Sequence record: SRR2962707_3801
Strand: one strand, 5' to 3'
DNA: 64,000 bases
Below the pieces are notes generated by a model. That model saw only the letters and a list, made by a program, of their open reading frames with translations, was not told where the DNA came from and did not search any database. Position 1 is the first letter of the stretch. Each line of letters opens with the position of its first letter. The position numbers were made by a program, and so were the translations under genes. Shown here in pieces: positions 10,827-19,797 of this stretch.

Positions 10827-11591
10827 CTATTTGACCACTTTGTAAATCACTTCCTTGTCGGGAAGAGCGTAGCGGGTCTTTTCTTCCCGACTAAGCTCAT
10901 CAATGAGTCTCTCCTCTACTACTTTGAGCCCTGATTCAGCTAGTCTGGCACCATAGTCCTCCCCATACATTCGTACATGATCATCCTGGCCGAATGCTTT
11001 CTCACGCTCTGCTGGAGTGACAATGGTCTTATCCTCGTACGTGGTTTTAGGAAGCGGGTAGAAGAAAGGCACTTGCAGAATGGCCCATCCGCCCGGTTTG
11101 AGCACCCGTTTCATTTCGCTTAGGGCTTTTCTGTCATCATCCACGTGCTCCAATACATGGTTGCAAAAAATGATGTCGATGGAGTTGTCCTCGAACGGTA
11201 TATCATGGATATCCATTTTCACCTTAGCCAGAGGAGATTCAATATCTCCGGTGATGTATTCCAGATTTTCCAGTGCATCAAATCGGCTCATAAAACATAA
11301 CTCAGGAGCAATGTGAAGCATCTTGGCCTCCTTAGTAAAAAAGTCTGTTTTGCGTTTGAGGTAAAGCCAAATCAGTCGGTGGCGTTCCAGTGCCAGGCAT
11401 TTTGGACACAGCGCATTGCTTCTTGATTTTCTTCCATAAGGCAAAAACTTTCGGAAACGCGATTCACACACCGGGCATTCTACTTTATTACCACGATAGA
11501 AAACAGCTATAACTCTTAATGCCACATGGCTAAAGAGTTGCAGGTACTTTCGTGGTACTTTTCTAAGGAAAAAAGAGATTAAAAACTTCAC
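10827..11591 (-). CDS. Class I SAM-dependent methyltransferase with N-terminal Cys motifs
   Basis: CPVC/CPKC, 'LHIAPE', 'DIHDIPFEDNSIDIIFCNHVLEHV', 'RVLKPGG'; GTG start. Confidence 0.88.
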   Translation of the reverse strand: MKFLISFFLRKVPRKYLQLFSHVALRVIAVFYRGNKVECPVCESRFRKFLPYGRKSRSNALCPKCLALERHRLIWLYLKRKTDFFTKEAKMLHIAPELCFMSRFDALENLEYITGDIESPLAKVKMDIHDIPFEDNSIDIIFCNHVLEHVDDDRKALSEMKRVLKPGGWAILQVPFFYPLPKTTYEDKTIVTPAEREKAFGQDDHVRMYGEDYGARLAESGLKVVEERLIDELSREEKTRYALPDKEVIYKVVK

Positions 11592-11673
11592 GTTCCGTCA
11601 ATTTTGCCCCGCAAGTTATTTATTCACCTCACTACCAGCAATCATTGCTGAAAATTTCTCATTTTTGGTTCTC

Positions 11674-12084
11674 ATGTCGCGATTGCTGACTTTTATATCG
11701 ATCATATTCTTAAGTCTGAGTTGCCTGGCTCAGAAAGAAAAGTCAGTGGAGGAGGAGCTCCCCTCCGAGAATCTGGAGATGCGAAAGGATTCTAATAAGC
11801 GATCGAACAGGCCAAAGCGGAAGAAGATCGACCTTATTTATGTACCTAATGCAGACAATATCCTCTACGGCAATCCATGTGTGTTGGAAGAAACGCATAA
11901 GATGGGCTTTGAATACATCGTCGAGCCTACTACACTACCCGGAAGTAAAACATGGACAGGAAAATTTTTGAATAACCTCTGGGTAAAGACTAAATTAGTA
12001 GTGACGCGATCACCCTTTTGGAAACTCATCCTGAATAACAAAATAAAAAAATGTCGAAAGATGAGTGGAGATTTGGTGGGTTGA
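11674..12084 (+). CDS. Hypothetical exported basic protein
   Basis: ORF with signal peptide from ATG 11674; first gene of a tightly packed + strand run. Confidence 0.65.
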   Translation: MSRLLTFISIIFLSLSCLAQKEKSVEEELPSENLEMRKDSNKRSNRPKRKKIDLIYVPNADNILYGNPCVLEETHKMGFEYIVEPTTLPGSKTWTGKFLNNLWVKTKLVVTRSPFWKLILNNKIKKCRKMSGDLVG

Positions 12085-12104
12085 TTCACACCTAAACACA
12101 CATC

Positions 12105-12863
12105 ATGACAAACCTAAGTCGATATGCAAACAGGGCAATAGTTGCCGTTTTTGCACTTTTCTTTTCCTGTGCGAATATTACCGAAGAAATCTATCTAAAT
12201 GCAGATGGCAGTGGTCAATACCTTGTCTACACAGATGTGGTGAGCAGCTCGCGCACGATGATGATGGGCATGATGAGCAGCATCTATCCGGATGCCTCAG
12301 AAGACAGCCTGAGACAGGTAGTAGACGCCCAGCTTTGGGAGCAATTTCCTGCGGAAGTAGACAGTATCATTGATTTTTCGTCCCGCGTTCCGGACAGTAT
12401 CAAAAATGATCCGGCCAAGAAAAAATACCTGGATAAGATGGAAATGTTTATGAAAGGTAGCCGCTCGGAAGGATATCTCAATTCAGGTATGCGATTCAGC
12501 TTTTCTAGTGTCGATGAATTGCAGGGGTTTAATGATTTTATGAGCGATAACCAAAATGCTACCAGCAGTCAGGTGAAAATGGATTTACCCCAGGTGGATG
12601 TTAATTATTCTTTTGATGGGAGCACTTTTTCAAGAACAACAAACATGGAAGACAAACTTGAAATGAGTGATTCTACCATTATGGTCATTGGATCGCTGCT
12701 ACAGGAATCGAAATCCAAACTGATACTTCACCTTCCAAGAAAACCTAAAAAGGTTACGCCGGATCAGCTTGTTGAAAAAGATGGTAAAGATGTGATTTAC
12801 CAGTTTGACCTCATCAAGGTCTTCAAAGGAGAGCAATCTACGGATGTAACAGTTGAGTTTTAA
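12105..12863 (+). CDS. Hypothetical lipoprotein
   Basis: Lipobox FFSC followed by 'ITEEIYLNADGSG'. Confidence 0.75.
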   Translation: MTNLSRYANRAIVAVFALFFSCANITEEIYLNADGSGQYLVYTDVVSSSRTMMMGMMSSIYPDASEDSLRQVVDAQLWEQFPAEVDSIIDFSSRVPDSIKNDPAKKKYLDKMEMFMKGSRSEGYLNSGMRFSFSSVDELQGFNDFMSDNQNATSSQVKMDLPQVDVNYSFDGSTFSRTTNMEDKLEMSDSTIMVIGSLLQESKSKLILHLPRKPKKVTPDQLVEKDGKDVIYQFDLIKVFKGEQSTDVTVEF

Positions 12864-12866
12864 GCC

Positions 12867-13451
12867 ATGGAACCGCGAACCGTACAGTTTTCACGAACAA
12901 AGCTCACCGAATTAATGATTCCTTCTTTTGCCAATTTCGGTGGAAAGGTTCACGGAGGACTCATTCTTTCACTGATGGATAAAGTGGCCTATGCAGTCGC
13001 CAGTAAGCATGCGGGAACATACTGTGTGACGGTAACAGTGGATGGTGTGGAGTTTTTGCAGCCGGTAGAGGTTGGTGAGCTACTAACATTGGATGCTGCT
13101 GTTCATTATGTTGGGAATAGTTCGCTGGTGGTAGGAATCAAAGTGACCTCTGAGAATGTCAAGACCAACGAGGTGAAGCATACCAATAACAGCTACTTTA
13201 CCATGGTGGCTAAGGGAGACGATGGGAAACCCACACAGGTACCTGAGTTGATCCTTGAGGATATTACAGAGATGCGAAGGTTTGTAGAAGCTATGAAGCG
13301 AATGAAAGTGAAGAAAGAGGCCAATGCCAAAATGCAAAAGGAGCATGACGAATTTATCATGGTAGATGATATGGAAATGCTAAACGGCCAGCGTTGTAAG
13401 GTGGAATTTAAAGTAGATGATGATTTCAGCGATCTTTTTTCCGATACATAA
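12867..13451 (+). CDS. Acyl-CoA thioesterase (hotdog fold, YciA-like)
   Basis: 'ANFGGKVHGGLILSLMD', 'VTVTVDGVEFLQPV'. Confidence 0.92.
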   Translation: MEPRTVQFSRTKLTELMIPSFANFGGKVHGGLILSLMDKVAYAVASKHAGTYCVTVTVDGVEFLQPVEVGELLTLDAAVHYVGNSSLVVGIKVTSENVKTNEVKHTNNSYFTMVAKGDDGKPTQVPELILEDITEMRRFVEAMKRMKVKKEANAKMQKEHDEFIMVDDMEMLNGQRCKVEFKVDDDFSDLFSDT

Positions 13452-13833
13452 ACTTCAATCCTGACCAGTTTTCATCCACCGCACAGACTTTTACATCAAC
13501 TAAGCCACCTTTTAGTCCAAATTCCCTTACGATGTTGCCATTAAGATCCGTTTTCATTTTGGAGGATCCTTTCGGCCAGGATACCCAGAGAATACCATCC
13601 TTCTTTAATGCAGTTTTCCATTCATTCCAGCTATTTTCCAACTCCTCTAGTTTCGTTAAAAACACATGCTGATAATCATAAGGAGGTGAGCTTAAATCTT
13701 CATCCCAGGTTGTTTCCATCGGAGTGGTCTCCAGCAGCTCAAAATAGTTTTCAGGAGATTGATATAAAAAGCAATGATAGCCTTCTTTAATATTGAGTTT
13801 TTTCCAGAGTGGATTTTTTGAGTAGCCAGCCAT
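13426..13833 (-). CDS. DUF3052-like protein
   Basis: 'AGYSKNPLWKKLNIK', 'LWVSWPK', 'GLVDVKVCAVDENWSGLKF'. Confidence 0.75.
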   Translation of the reverse strand: MAGYSKNPLWKKLNIKEGYHCFLYQSPENYFELLETTPMETTWDEDLSSPPYDYQHVFLTKLEELENSWNEWKTALKKDGILWVSWPKGSSKMKTDLNGNIVREFGLKGGLVDVKVCAVDENWSGLKFMYRKKDR

Positions 13834-15018
13834 TTATCTGCAATAAGTAGGTGATGTTCCTTGCCAGTTTCTATCTCTCGCACCACTGATTTCAATACAT
13901 GCCTGGGTTCGGTTCCCCATTGCTTCATATGCCTGTGCGCTTGTTAAATAGGAAATTGCACTGTCCGGCCAGACATATTTGTTCCAGTCTGCAGCTTTGA
14001 TTGCCATTTCATAATCCTCCAGTCGGAAATACATGTCGGCCAGATTGGTGTATAGGTAAAAATGAGATTTTGGCAGGTACTTCTCGTTGATGACCAATGC
14101 ATAGCCATCTCCGTAAAATCTTTTATATCGCTTGATCGCTAATCGATGGGCGATAATGAGCCGGTCCAGAGCCTCGTTCAAGTCGTTTTTTTCATCACGC
14201 TCGATCTCAGCGATTTTCACCAATGAACCAATGGTCTCATATTCACTCACCAGAAATTCCTCCAGTATTTCAATAGCCATGTCCGGCTGATCGTTTTGTC
14301 GGTATGATTCCGCCAGTTTCTGTTTGAGTTCATAAAACGGCAAGTCCGGTGCAAACTCCTGAACTAACTCATACAGTGTAATGGCTTTTGAATAATTTTT
14401 TGAACGATAGGCACGATCACCTTTCTCGACGATTTGATCTAACATGGTGCTTTTAAAGATTTTCATATCTCGTTCTTCCGTTCGAAAGAATTTCAATGAG
14501 GTCATGATATCGAAAGCTTTTTTGTATTCTCCTGCTTCAAAGAACTCTTTAGCCTCTAGGTAAGTAGATCGTCGTTCTGCCAATCTTTTTTCGAGTTGAT
14601 GGTCATCGTAGCTCTGCTTAATCCAAACACCGGTCATGACCAAAAGGGCTATGAGAAAAGTAATGCCGAATGCATAAGCCGTAGCGATTGCATTTTGCCG
14701 ATAGTCCACTCGTCCACTTGCATATCGCCTTCGTGCCTGATTTTTCCATGCAGTGGAGCTTGGGGGCTGGTAGGAGTAAGGCCGGGCCTGACTTTGCGAA
14801 AATTGTTGGTATTTTAGTTTGAGATCAAATCTTGCTTTTTCATATTCATCTGAAAGTACCTGATGGGCTACATTGATCTCCTTGAATTTTTCCTCCATCT
14901 CAGGTCTGCCCGGATGCTTATCAGGATGATATTTAACTGCCAATCGTTTGAATGCTGCTTTGATCTCAGCAGGAGAGGCATTCTCAGAAAGGCCGAGTAC
15001 GTGATAGTAATTGGTCAT
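13834..15018 (-). CDS. DnaJ-domain membrane protein with TPR-like repeats
   Basis: J-domain 'NYYHVLGL...KYHPDK', one TM segment, helical TPR-like C-terminus. Confidence 0.85.
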   Translation of the reverse strand: MTNYYHVLGLSENASPAEIKAAFKRLAVKYHPDKHPGRPEMEEKFKEINVAHQVLSDEYEKARFDLKLKYQQFSQSQARPYSYQPPSSTAWKNQARRRYASGRVDYRQNAIATAYAFGITFLIALLVMTGVWIKQSYDDHQLEKRLAERRSTYLEAKEFFEAGEYKKAFDIMTSLKFFRTEERDMKIFKSTMLDQIVEKGDRAYRSKNYSKAITLYELVQEFAPDLPFYELKQKLAESYRQNDQPDMAIEILEEFLVSEYETIGSLVKIAEIERDEKNDLNEALDRLIIAHRLAIKRYKRFYGDGYALVINEKYLPKSHFYLYTNLADMYFRLEDYEMAIKAADWNKYVWPDSAISYLTSAQAYEAMGNRTQACIEISGARDRNWQGTSPTYCR

Positions 15019-15064
15019 CTGAAATGATTAAGTAGCCTTTATAACGAAGATAACCAAAGAAAGA

Positions 15065-15430
15065 TTATGCTTTATTCATAACATAAAACCCTGCCAGGCA
15101 AATAATCAGGCCTCCTATCATACTTATTGAGGCATACAGGATGAATTGTACAATCAACCCGTCACGGATGAGTTTTAATCCATCCAGTGCAAAAGTGGAA
15201 AATGTGGTAAATCCACCACAAACACCAGCAATCAGAAACAAAGCGGTCTGGTTACTTAGTTTAACGAATGCGCCACTGAGTAATCCAATCAGCAGGCAAC
15301 CAACGAGGTTAACGATTAAAGTACCTAAGTAAGGCTTATCGAGATAATGCTTCGCAGTAAGTAAATAAACAGCATAGCGAGCTGCACTCCCAATAAAACC
15401 ACCCATCCCGACAATTAAAATATCCTTCAT
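15065..15430 (-). CDS. crcB: Fluoride efflux channel FluC/CrcB
   Basis: 'GGFIGSAARY', 'GTLIVNLVGC', 'GVCGGFTTFSTF'. Confidence 0.93.
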   Translation of the reverse strand: MKDILIVGMGGFIGSAARYAVYLLTAKHYLDKPYLGTLIVNLVGCLLIGLLSGAFVKLSNQTALFLIAGVCGGFTTFSTFALDGLKLIRDGLIVQFILYASISMIGGLIICLAGFYVMNKA

Positions 15431-16005
15431 GCTTCAAAGTTGCTTACATGAAGTTGTAATTCCGGAAAAAACTGATGGAATTCATTTTCAAAAGCGGTGT
15501 AATGGGCCTGCAAAGCCTCAGAGGCATCTTCCATTTTACTTTCAAATTTAGTTCGCCGGCTCATCCCGGTAAGGGCGCGATCGATCCCTTCGATGAATTG
15601 GTAATTGTATAGCCAGTTGTCCTGAGACATATAACTCAGCATTCTCACAACGCCTTTTGGGATCATTTCCAGGTACTTGTTCATTAAACGATAGAAATTT
15701 TGCGTGTAATCGAGTAACGGTACGTTGGAATATCTCGACCAGTCCTTAGCTAAAAAGTGGTCATAAAACACATCCACTATAACCGGGGCATAATGCCTGA
15801 ATTTCTCCCTTAATCTTATTTTGCTTTGAAGCACAATCTCATGGGTATCCGTGAAATAATCGATGCTACGATGTAGTCTGATGCCTTTTTGAACCTGATC
15901 CGGGTAGTGATCCATTTGCGATCCTTTCACAAAATCCCCAATGAAGTTTCCTACTAAAACCTCTTCATCATGGCCACTTAGATATAAATGAGCAAGGAAA
16001 TTCAT
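15427..16005 (-). CDS. acpH: Acyl carrier protein phosphodiesterase
   Basis: 'MNFLAHLYLS', 'GNFIGDFVKG', 'GIRLHRSIDYFTD', 'DVFYDHFLA'. Confidence 0.92.
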   Translation of the reverse strand: MNFLAHLYLSGHDEEVLVGNFIGDFVKGSQMDHYPDQVQKGIRLHRSIDYFTDTHEIVLQSKIRLREKFRHYAPVIVDVFYDHFLAKDWSRYSNVPLLDYTQNFYRLMNKYLEMIPKGVVRMLSYMSQDNWLYNYQFIEGIDRALTGMSRRTKFESKMEDASEALQAHYTAFENEFHQFFPELQLHVSNFEA

Positions 16006-16060
16006 CAGCTTCCTAAGTTATACAGGAAATATTATAGTTTGAGATTAACCCCTGTGGGCT

Positions 16061-16068
16061 TACTTTTG
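16061..16068 (+). promoter_or_regulatory. Bacteroidota -7 promoter element
   Basis: TACTTTTG in the divergent intergenic region upstream of the TerB-like gene. Confidence 0.45.
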
Positions 16069-16154
16069 TGCGATAAGTCGTATTTACGATTACGAGAGTA
16101 AAGAAGAGAATCATCGAAAATAACTTTCCAAATATTGTCCGTTCTCATCTGAAC

Positions 16155-16529
16155 ATGCTGGTGCAACTGGCACGTGTAGATGGTGTCGTTGTACAAGAGG
16201 AGATTGATCTCATCAAGCAGATTGGTAAGGCGAATGGTCTCTCCAATGAGGAAATCAGTGAGTCGTTTGAAGACCCGTCTGTAATTGAAGGATTGGAAAC
16301 ACTGAACGATGATCAACGCTATGATTATTTGTACAATGTCGTTCAGTTAATGAAAATTGACGGACGTATCTATAAAGAAGAAATTAAGTACTGTGCAAAA
16401 ATCGCCAGCCGGTTAGGGTACGATGAGGATGTGCTTCGCGAACTTATGTTGAAGATTTATAGTGATCCACATATCACCACAGATAAAGAATCGTTAAAAG
16501 CAAAGATCCAAACCTATCTTCGGAAATGA
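16155..16529 (+). CDS. TerB-like (tellurite resistance/co-chaperone) protein; true start may be upstream
   Basis: Two 'LAxxDG...EE' repeats (LARVDGVVVQEE; LMKIDGRIYKEE). Confidence 0.75.
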   Translation: MLVQLARVDGVVVQEEIDLIKQIGKANGLSNEEISESFEDPSVIEGLETLNDDQRYDYLYNVVQLMKIDGRIYKEEIKYCAKIASRLGYDEDVLRELMLKIYSDPHITTDKESLKAKIQTYLRK

Positions 16530-16948
16530 GGAGGCTTGCTTTTCTTACACTATTCACACTTTCATTATTTACATACTCACAATCCCCTGATGAAAAAGCA
16601 ATTCGTGAGGTATTGGCTCAGCAGGAGGAGTGTTGGAATGCCGGTGATCTCGAATGCTTTATGGAGGGATACTGGAAGTCAGATCAATTGATTTTCATTG
16701 GTAGTAAGGGCGTTACGTATGGGTGGCAGAAAACGCTTGACAATTACAAAAAATCCTATCCGAATAAGGCTGCTATGGGGACGCTTACCTTTGACCTGAT
16801 TATTGTTGAGCCTCTCAGTGATGATTTTTGGACGGTCATTGGAAAATGGAGTTTGAAGCGAGAGAAGGACAATCCAAAAGGACATTTCTCGCTTATTTTC
16901 AGACGATTAGGGAATGAATGGGTCATTGTTTCTGATCATTCCAGCTGA
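16526..16948 (+). CDS. Secreted NTF2-like / DUF4440 protein
   Basis: Signal peptide; 'WNAGDLECFMEGYWKS', 'WVIVSDHSS'. Confidence 0.85.
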   Translation: MRRLAFLTLFTLSLFTYSQSPDEKAIREVLAQQEECWNAGDLECFMEGYWKSDQLIFIGSKGVTYGWQKTLDNYKKSYPNKAAMGTLTFDLIIVEPLSDDFWTVIGKWSLKREKDNPKGHFSLIFRRLGNEWVIVSDHSS

Positions 16949-17028
16949 TTTTCCAACATACTAAATTTTGCTTTCTTCTGTTTTTTGAGTAGATTCTATG
17001 CTACTTAAAACATTAAATTCAGCAAAAT

Positions 17029-17484
17029 ATGGTAATGAGCTACAGAGGAGCAGAAGCTCCAAAAACTGAAGAACCGCAAGCACTCAAGGTGGAAGACTAC
17101 ATGGCCAGAAAGCTAATCACTTTCAAACCCGAGCAGGCGATGCACGAGGTAGTTGAAACGTTGATGAAGCATAAGATTTCGGGTGGACCTGTAGTGGATG
17201 ATAATGACCAGCTGGTAGGAGTAATCTCGGAAGGTGACTGCCTGAAAGAAGTGGTTAAAGGAAAATATGATAACATGCCCATTTTCACCGGACTTGTAGC
17301 TGAACACATGGCGAAAAATGTGATTACGGTGAGTCCTGACCTTAATATTTTTGAAGCAGCCAAGATGTTTTTAGAAAAACGATTACGTCGATTTCCTGTA
17401 ATTGATGATGGGAAACTCATTGGGCAAATCAGTCAAAAAGATGTAATGAAAGCCGTTCTCAATGCGAAAAGCTCTACCTGGTAG
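17029..17484 (+). CDS. CBS-domain protein
   Basis: Two CBS motifs ('ISGGPVVD...LVGVISEGD', 'RRFPVID.GKLIGQISQKD'). Confidence 0.9.
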   Translation: MVMSYRGAEAPKTEEPQALKVEDYMARKLITFKPEQAMHEVVETLMKHKISGGPVVDDNDQLVGVISEGDCLKEVVKGKYDNMPIFTGLVAEHMAKNVITVSPDLNIFEAAKMFLEKRLRRFPVIDDGKLIGQISQKDVMKAVLNAKSSTW

Positions 17485-17538
17485 TATCAAATAGCTTTAT
17501 TTCGTATTTTCGTTCTTCATCAAATCTTAAATTGAAGA

Positions 17539-19056
17539 ATGAAAAGGCTATTATCCCTATCCCTCCTGTTTTTATTTATTTCTACCCAGGCTCAAGTAGA
17601 TGTCAAGTCTATAGACAAATACATCGAAAAAGCTCGGAAAGATTGGAATGTACCCGGCATGGCAGTGGCCATTGTCAAAGATGGGAAAGTGGTCTTGAGT
17701 AAAGGGTACGGTGTAAAGGAAATAGGAGGGAAGGATAAAGTGGATGATAATACACTTTTTGCCATTGCTTCTAATTCGAAAGCTTTTGTCGCTTCCTGTA
17801 TAGCGAGACTCGTGGAGGAGGGACAGCTCTCCTGGAAAGATAAGGTACGAGATTACCTACCATACTTTACGCTCTATGGTGACGAATACATTTCCTCAAT
17901 GGTCACTGTGGAAGATTTGCTTTGTCATCGCGTAGGATTGGGCACATTCAGTGGAGATGTGATCTGGTACAAAACGGAGAAAACCCCTGAAGAAATCATC
18001 AAACAAGCAGCTTTTGTACCGGAGGCGTTCGAATTCCGTGATGGATATGGATATACCAACCTGATGTTTATTGCTGCTGGCGAGGTGATTCGGGAAGTGA
18101 CCGGTGAGCCATGGGAGGCATATGTCAAAAAGCATTTTATGAATCCACTGGGTATGGAAAATACCGTCATTAGCATCAGTGATATACCCGACAATACGGC
18201 GACTCCTCATAAACCTACTTTAGAAAGCGGCACAGTCCCCATCGAATGGGCGAGCTGGGATGCTCCAAGTGCTGCGGGAGGAATTATCTCCTCATCTACC
18301 GATATGGCAAAGTGGATGATGATGAACCTGAATGGGGGCGAATGGAACGGAAAAGAATACATTGAAAAAGAACAACAAAATCTGCTATGGACACCTCATA
18401 ATAATTTCAAACTAAGTGAGGGTTCTAAAGAATCTATCCCGGGACGGCATTTTGCCGGCTATGGATTAGGATGGAGCCTGATGGACTACCATGGCACTTT
18501 GGCGGTTAGTCACGGTGGGGGGTACGATGGCATGTATTCTCGCGTGATGATGGTGCCCGACCTAAAGTTGGGTGTAGTGGTGCTCACCAATACAATGGAG
18601 GGTATTTCGACTCCTTTAACTTATTATATCGTCAATCAATACATGAAAAAGGATATGCGTGATTGGTCTGCAGAGTTTCTGGAAAGGGCACGATCACGAA
18701 ATGGCCATAAAGAAGATGTGGAAGAAAGAAAGGCTGCTCGGAAAATGGGAACTCAACCATCTGTTGAGGAATCAGCCTTGGTGGGAACCTATTACGATCC
18801 GATGTATGGAGATATCACTGTAACGAATGATGAAGGTGAATTGAGAATAGCCTTTCAGGATGCGCCGTTATTATCTGCCACATTGGAACACTGGCATTAT
18901 GATACCTATGAAATCAAATGGGATAAAGAACATGCCTGGTTTGATTTTGGTACTGTTTCCTTTGAATTGGATAATAACCTGAAAGTGGAGGGCATTGAGT
19001 TTGATGTTCCGAATGGAGATATTTTCTTCCATGAATTGCATCCGAAGAAGAAGTAG
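17539..19056 (+). CDS. Serine hydrolase (beta-lactamase/PBP class C-like) with DUF3471-like C-terminus
   Basis: SxxK 'FAIASNSK', YxN 'YGYTN', 'HGGG'; signal peptide. Confidence 0.9.
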   Translation: MKRLLSLSLLFLFISTQAQVDVKSIDKYIEKARKDWNVPGMAVAIVKDGKVVLSKGYGVKEIGGKDKVDDNTLFAIASNSKAFVASCIARLVEEGQLSWKDKVRDYLPYFTLYGDEYISSMVTVEDLLCHRVGLGTFSGDVIWYKTEKTPEEIIKQAAFVPEAFEFRDGYGYTNLMFIAAGEVIREVTGEPWEAYVKKHFMNPLGMENTVISISDIPDNTATPHKPTLESGTVPIEWASWDAPSAAGGIISSSTDMAKWMMMNLNGGEWNGKEYIEKEQQNLLWTPHNNFKLSEGSKESIPGRHFAGYGLGWSLMDYHGTLAVSHGGGYDGMYSRVMMVPDLKLGVVVLTNTMEGISTPLTYYIVNQYMKKDMRDWSAEFLERARSRNGHKEDVEERKAARKMGTQPSVEESALVGTYYDPMYGDITVTNDEGELRIAFQDAPLLSATLEHWHYDTYEIKWDKEHAWFDFGTVSFELDNNLKVEGIEFDVPNGDIFFHELHPKKK

Positions 19057-19061
19057 ATTAT

Positions 19062-19096
19062 AAACCCTAACAGGGTTCGAAACCCTGTTAGGGTTT
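19062..19096. repeat. REP doublet (REPIN-like) beside the 3' end of the RAYT gene
   Basis: Perfect 16-bp IR AAACCCTAACAGGGTT-CGA-AACCCTGTTAGGGTTT; each arm is itself a hairpin, AACCCT-N3-AGGGTT. Confidence 0.85.
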
Positions 19097-19102
19097 GTTT
19101 AA

Positions 19103-19726
19103 CTAATCAATAGTAACAGGATTGATATCCCTTAAATCCTGAAATGATTGGTGGAATTCCTTGTATGACTTCTTATTACCAAACCAATCAATAACTTCTT
19201 TGCGTTTCAATCTCGTTGATTGATCACTCAAATGAGCATGGTATGAGGAGTGTGGGTACTCCCTAAAATCATCAATTAATCCATGTTTTTGAGGATTGAA
19301 ATGAATGTAATAGACCAGCTTGGAAAAATAATAATCTTTTTCAATTGGGATTCTTCTAAATGGAAGCTCGAATAGCTTCCCTGTTCGACCATTTTGCTTA
19401 TTAATTGCTTGCGTATACCCGTTAAAGAAATGAGAAAATTGCAGACTGATTATTTGTGAGCAGCTTCTAACCCTGTTAGGGTTCAAAACCCTAACAGGGT
19501 TAATGATTGATTGAATTTCTTCTTCACTCTTTGTTCTAATCATTAAGTGAAAATGATTCTTTAGAAGGCAGTAGGCAAATGTTTCAGCAACAGGGCTAAT
19601 GTATTTTTCATACTTTAACAGAAAGTAATTATAGTTTTCATCCTGCTTGAAAATGTTTTCACCATTGATTCCTCTGTTATAAATATGATAATGGGTTTCG
19701 GGTTGTAGAGGAGCAGTATTTTTCAA
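19103..19726 (-). mobile_element. REP-associated tyrosine transposase (RAYT / Y1 HUH transposase)
   Basis: 'YHIYNRG', HUH motif 'YCLLKNHFHL', 'GKLF..PF', catalytic-Tyr helix 'YYIHFNPQKHG', 'YPHSSY'; adjacent REP doublet; TTG start. Confidence 0.88.
19468..19502. repeat. REP doublet inside the RAYT coding sequence
   Basis: Perfect 16-bp IR TAACCCTGTTAGGGTT-CAA-AACCCTAACAGGGTTA, translated in frame as NPVRVLNPNRVR. Confidence 0.85.
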
Positions 19727-19797
19727 TTTATGAAGTTTAATAAGATCAATTCTTAAACTTACTGAGTTTTATGCGGTAGAGGACAACTCTCACTAAA

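Noticed and set aside
16006-16154. Fluoride riboswitch for crcB
   Set aside because: crcB is overlapped by acpH and no GGnGAUG-type motif is visible upstream of either gene.
19062-19502. CRISPR array or IS200/IS605 element
   Set aside because: Only two repeat copies about 400 nt apart, no spacers or cas genes, and no tnpB; protein motifs fit RAYT better than TnpA.
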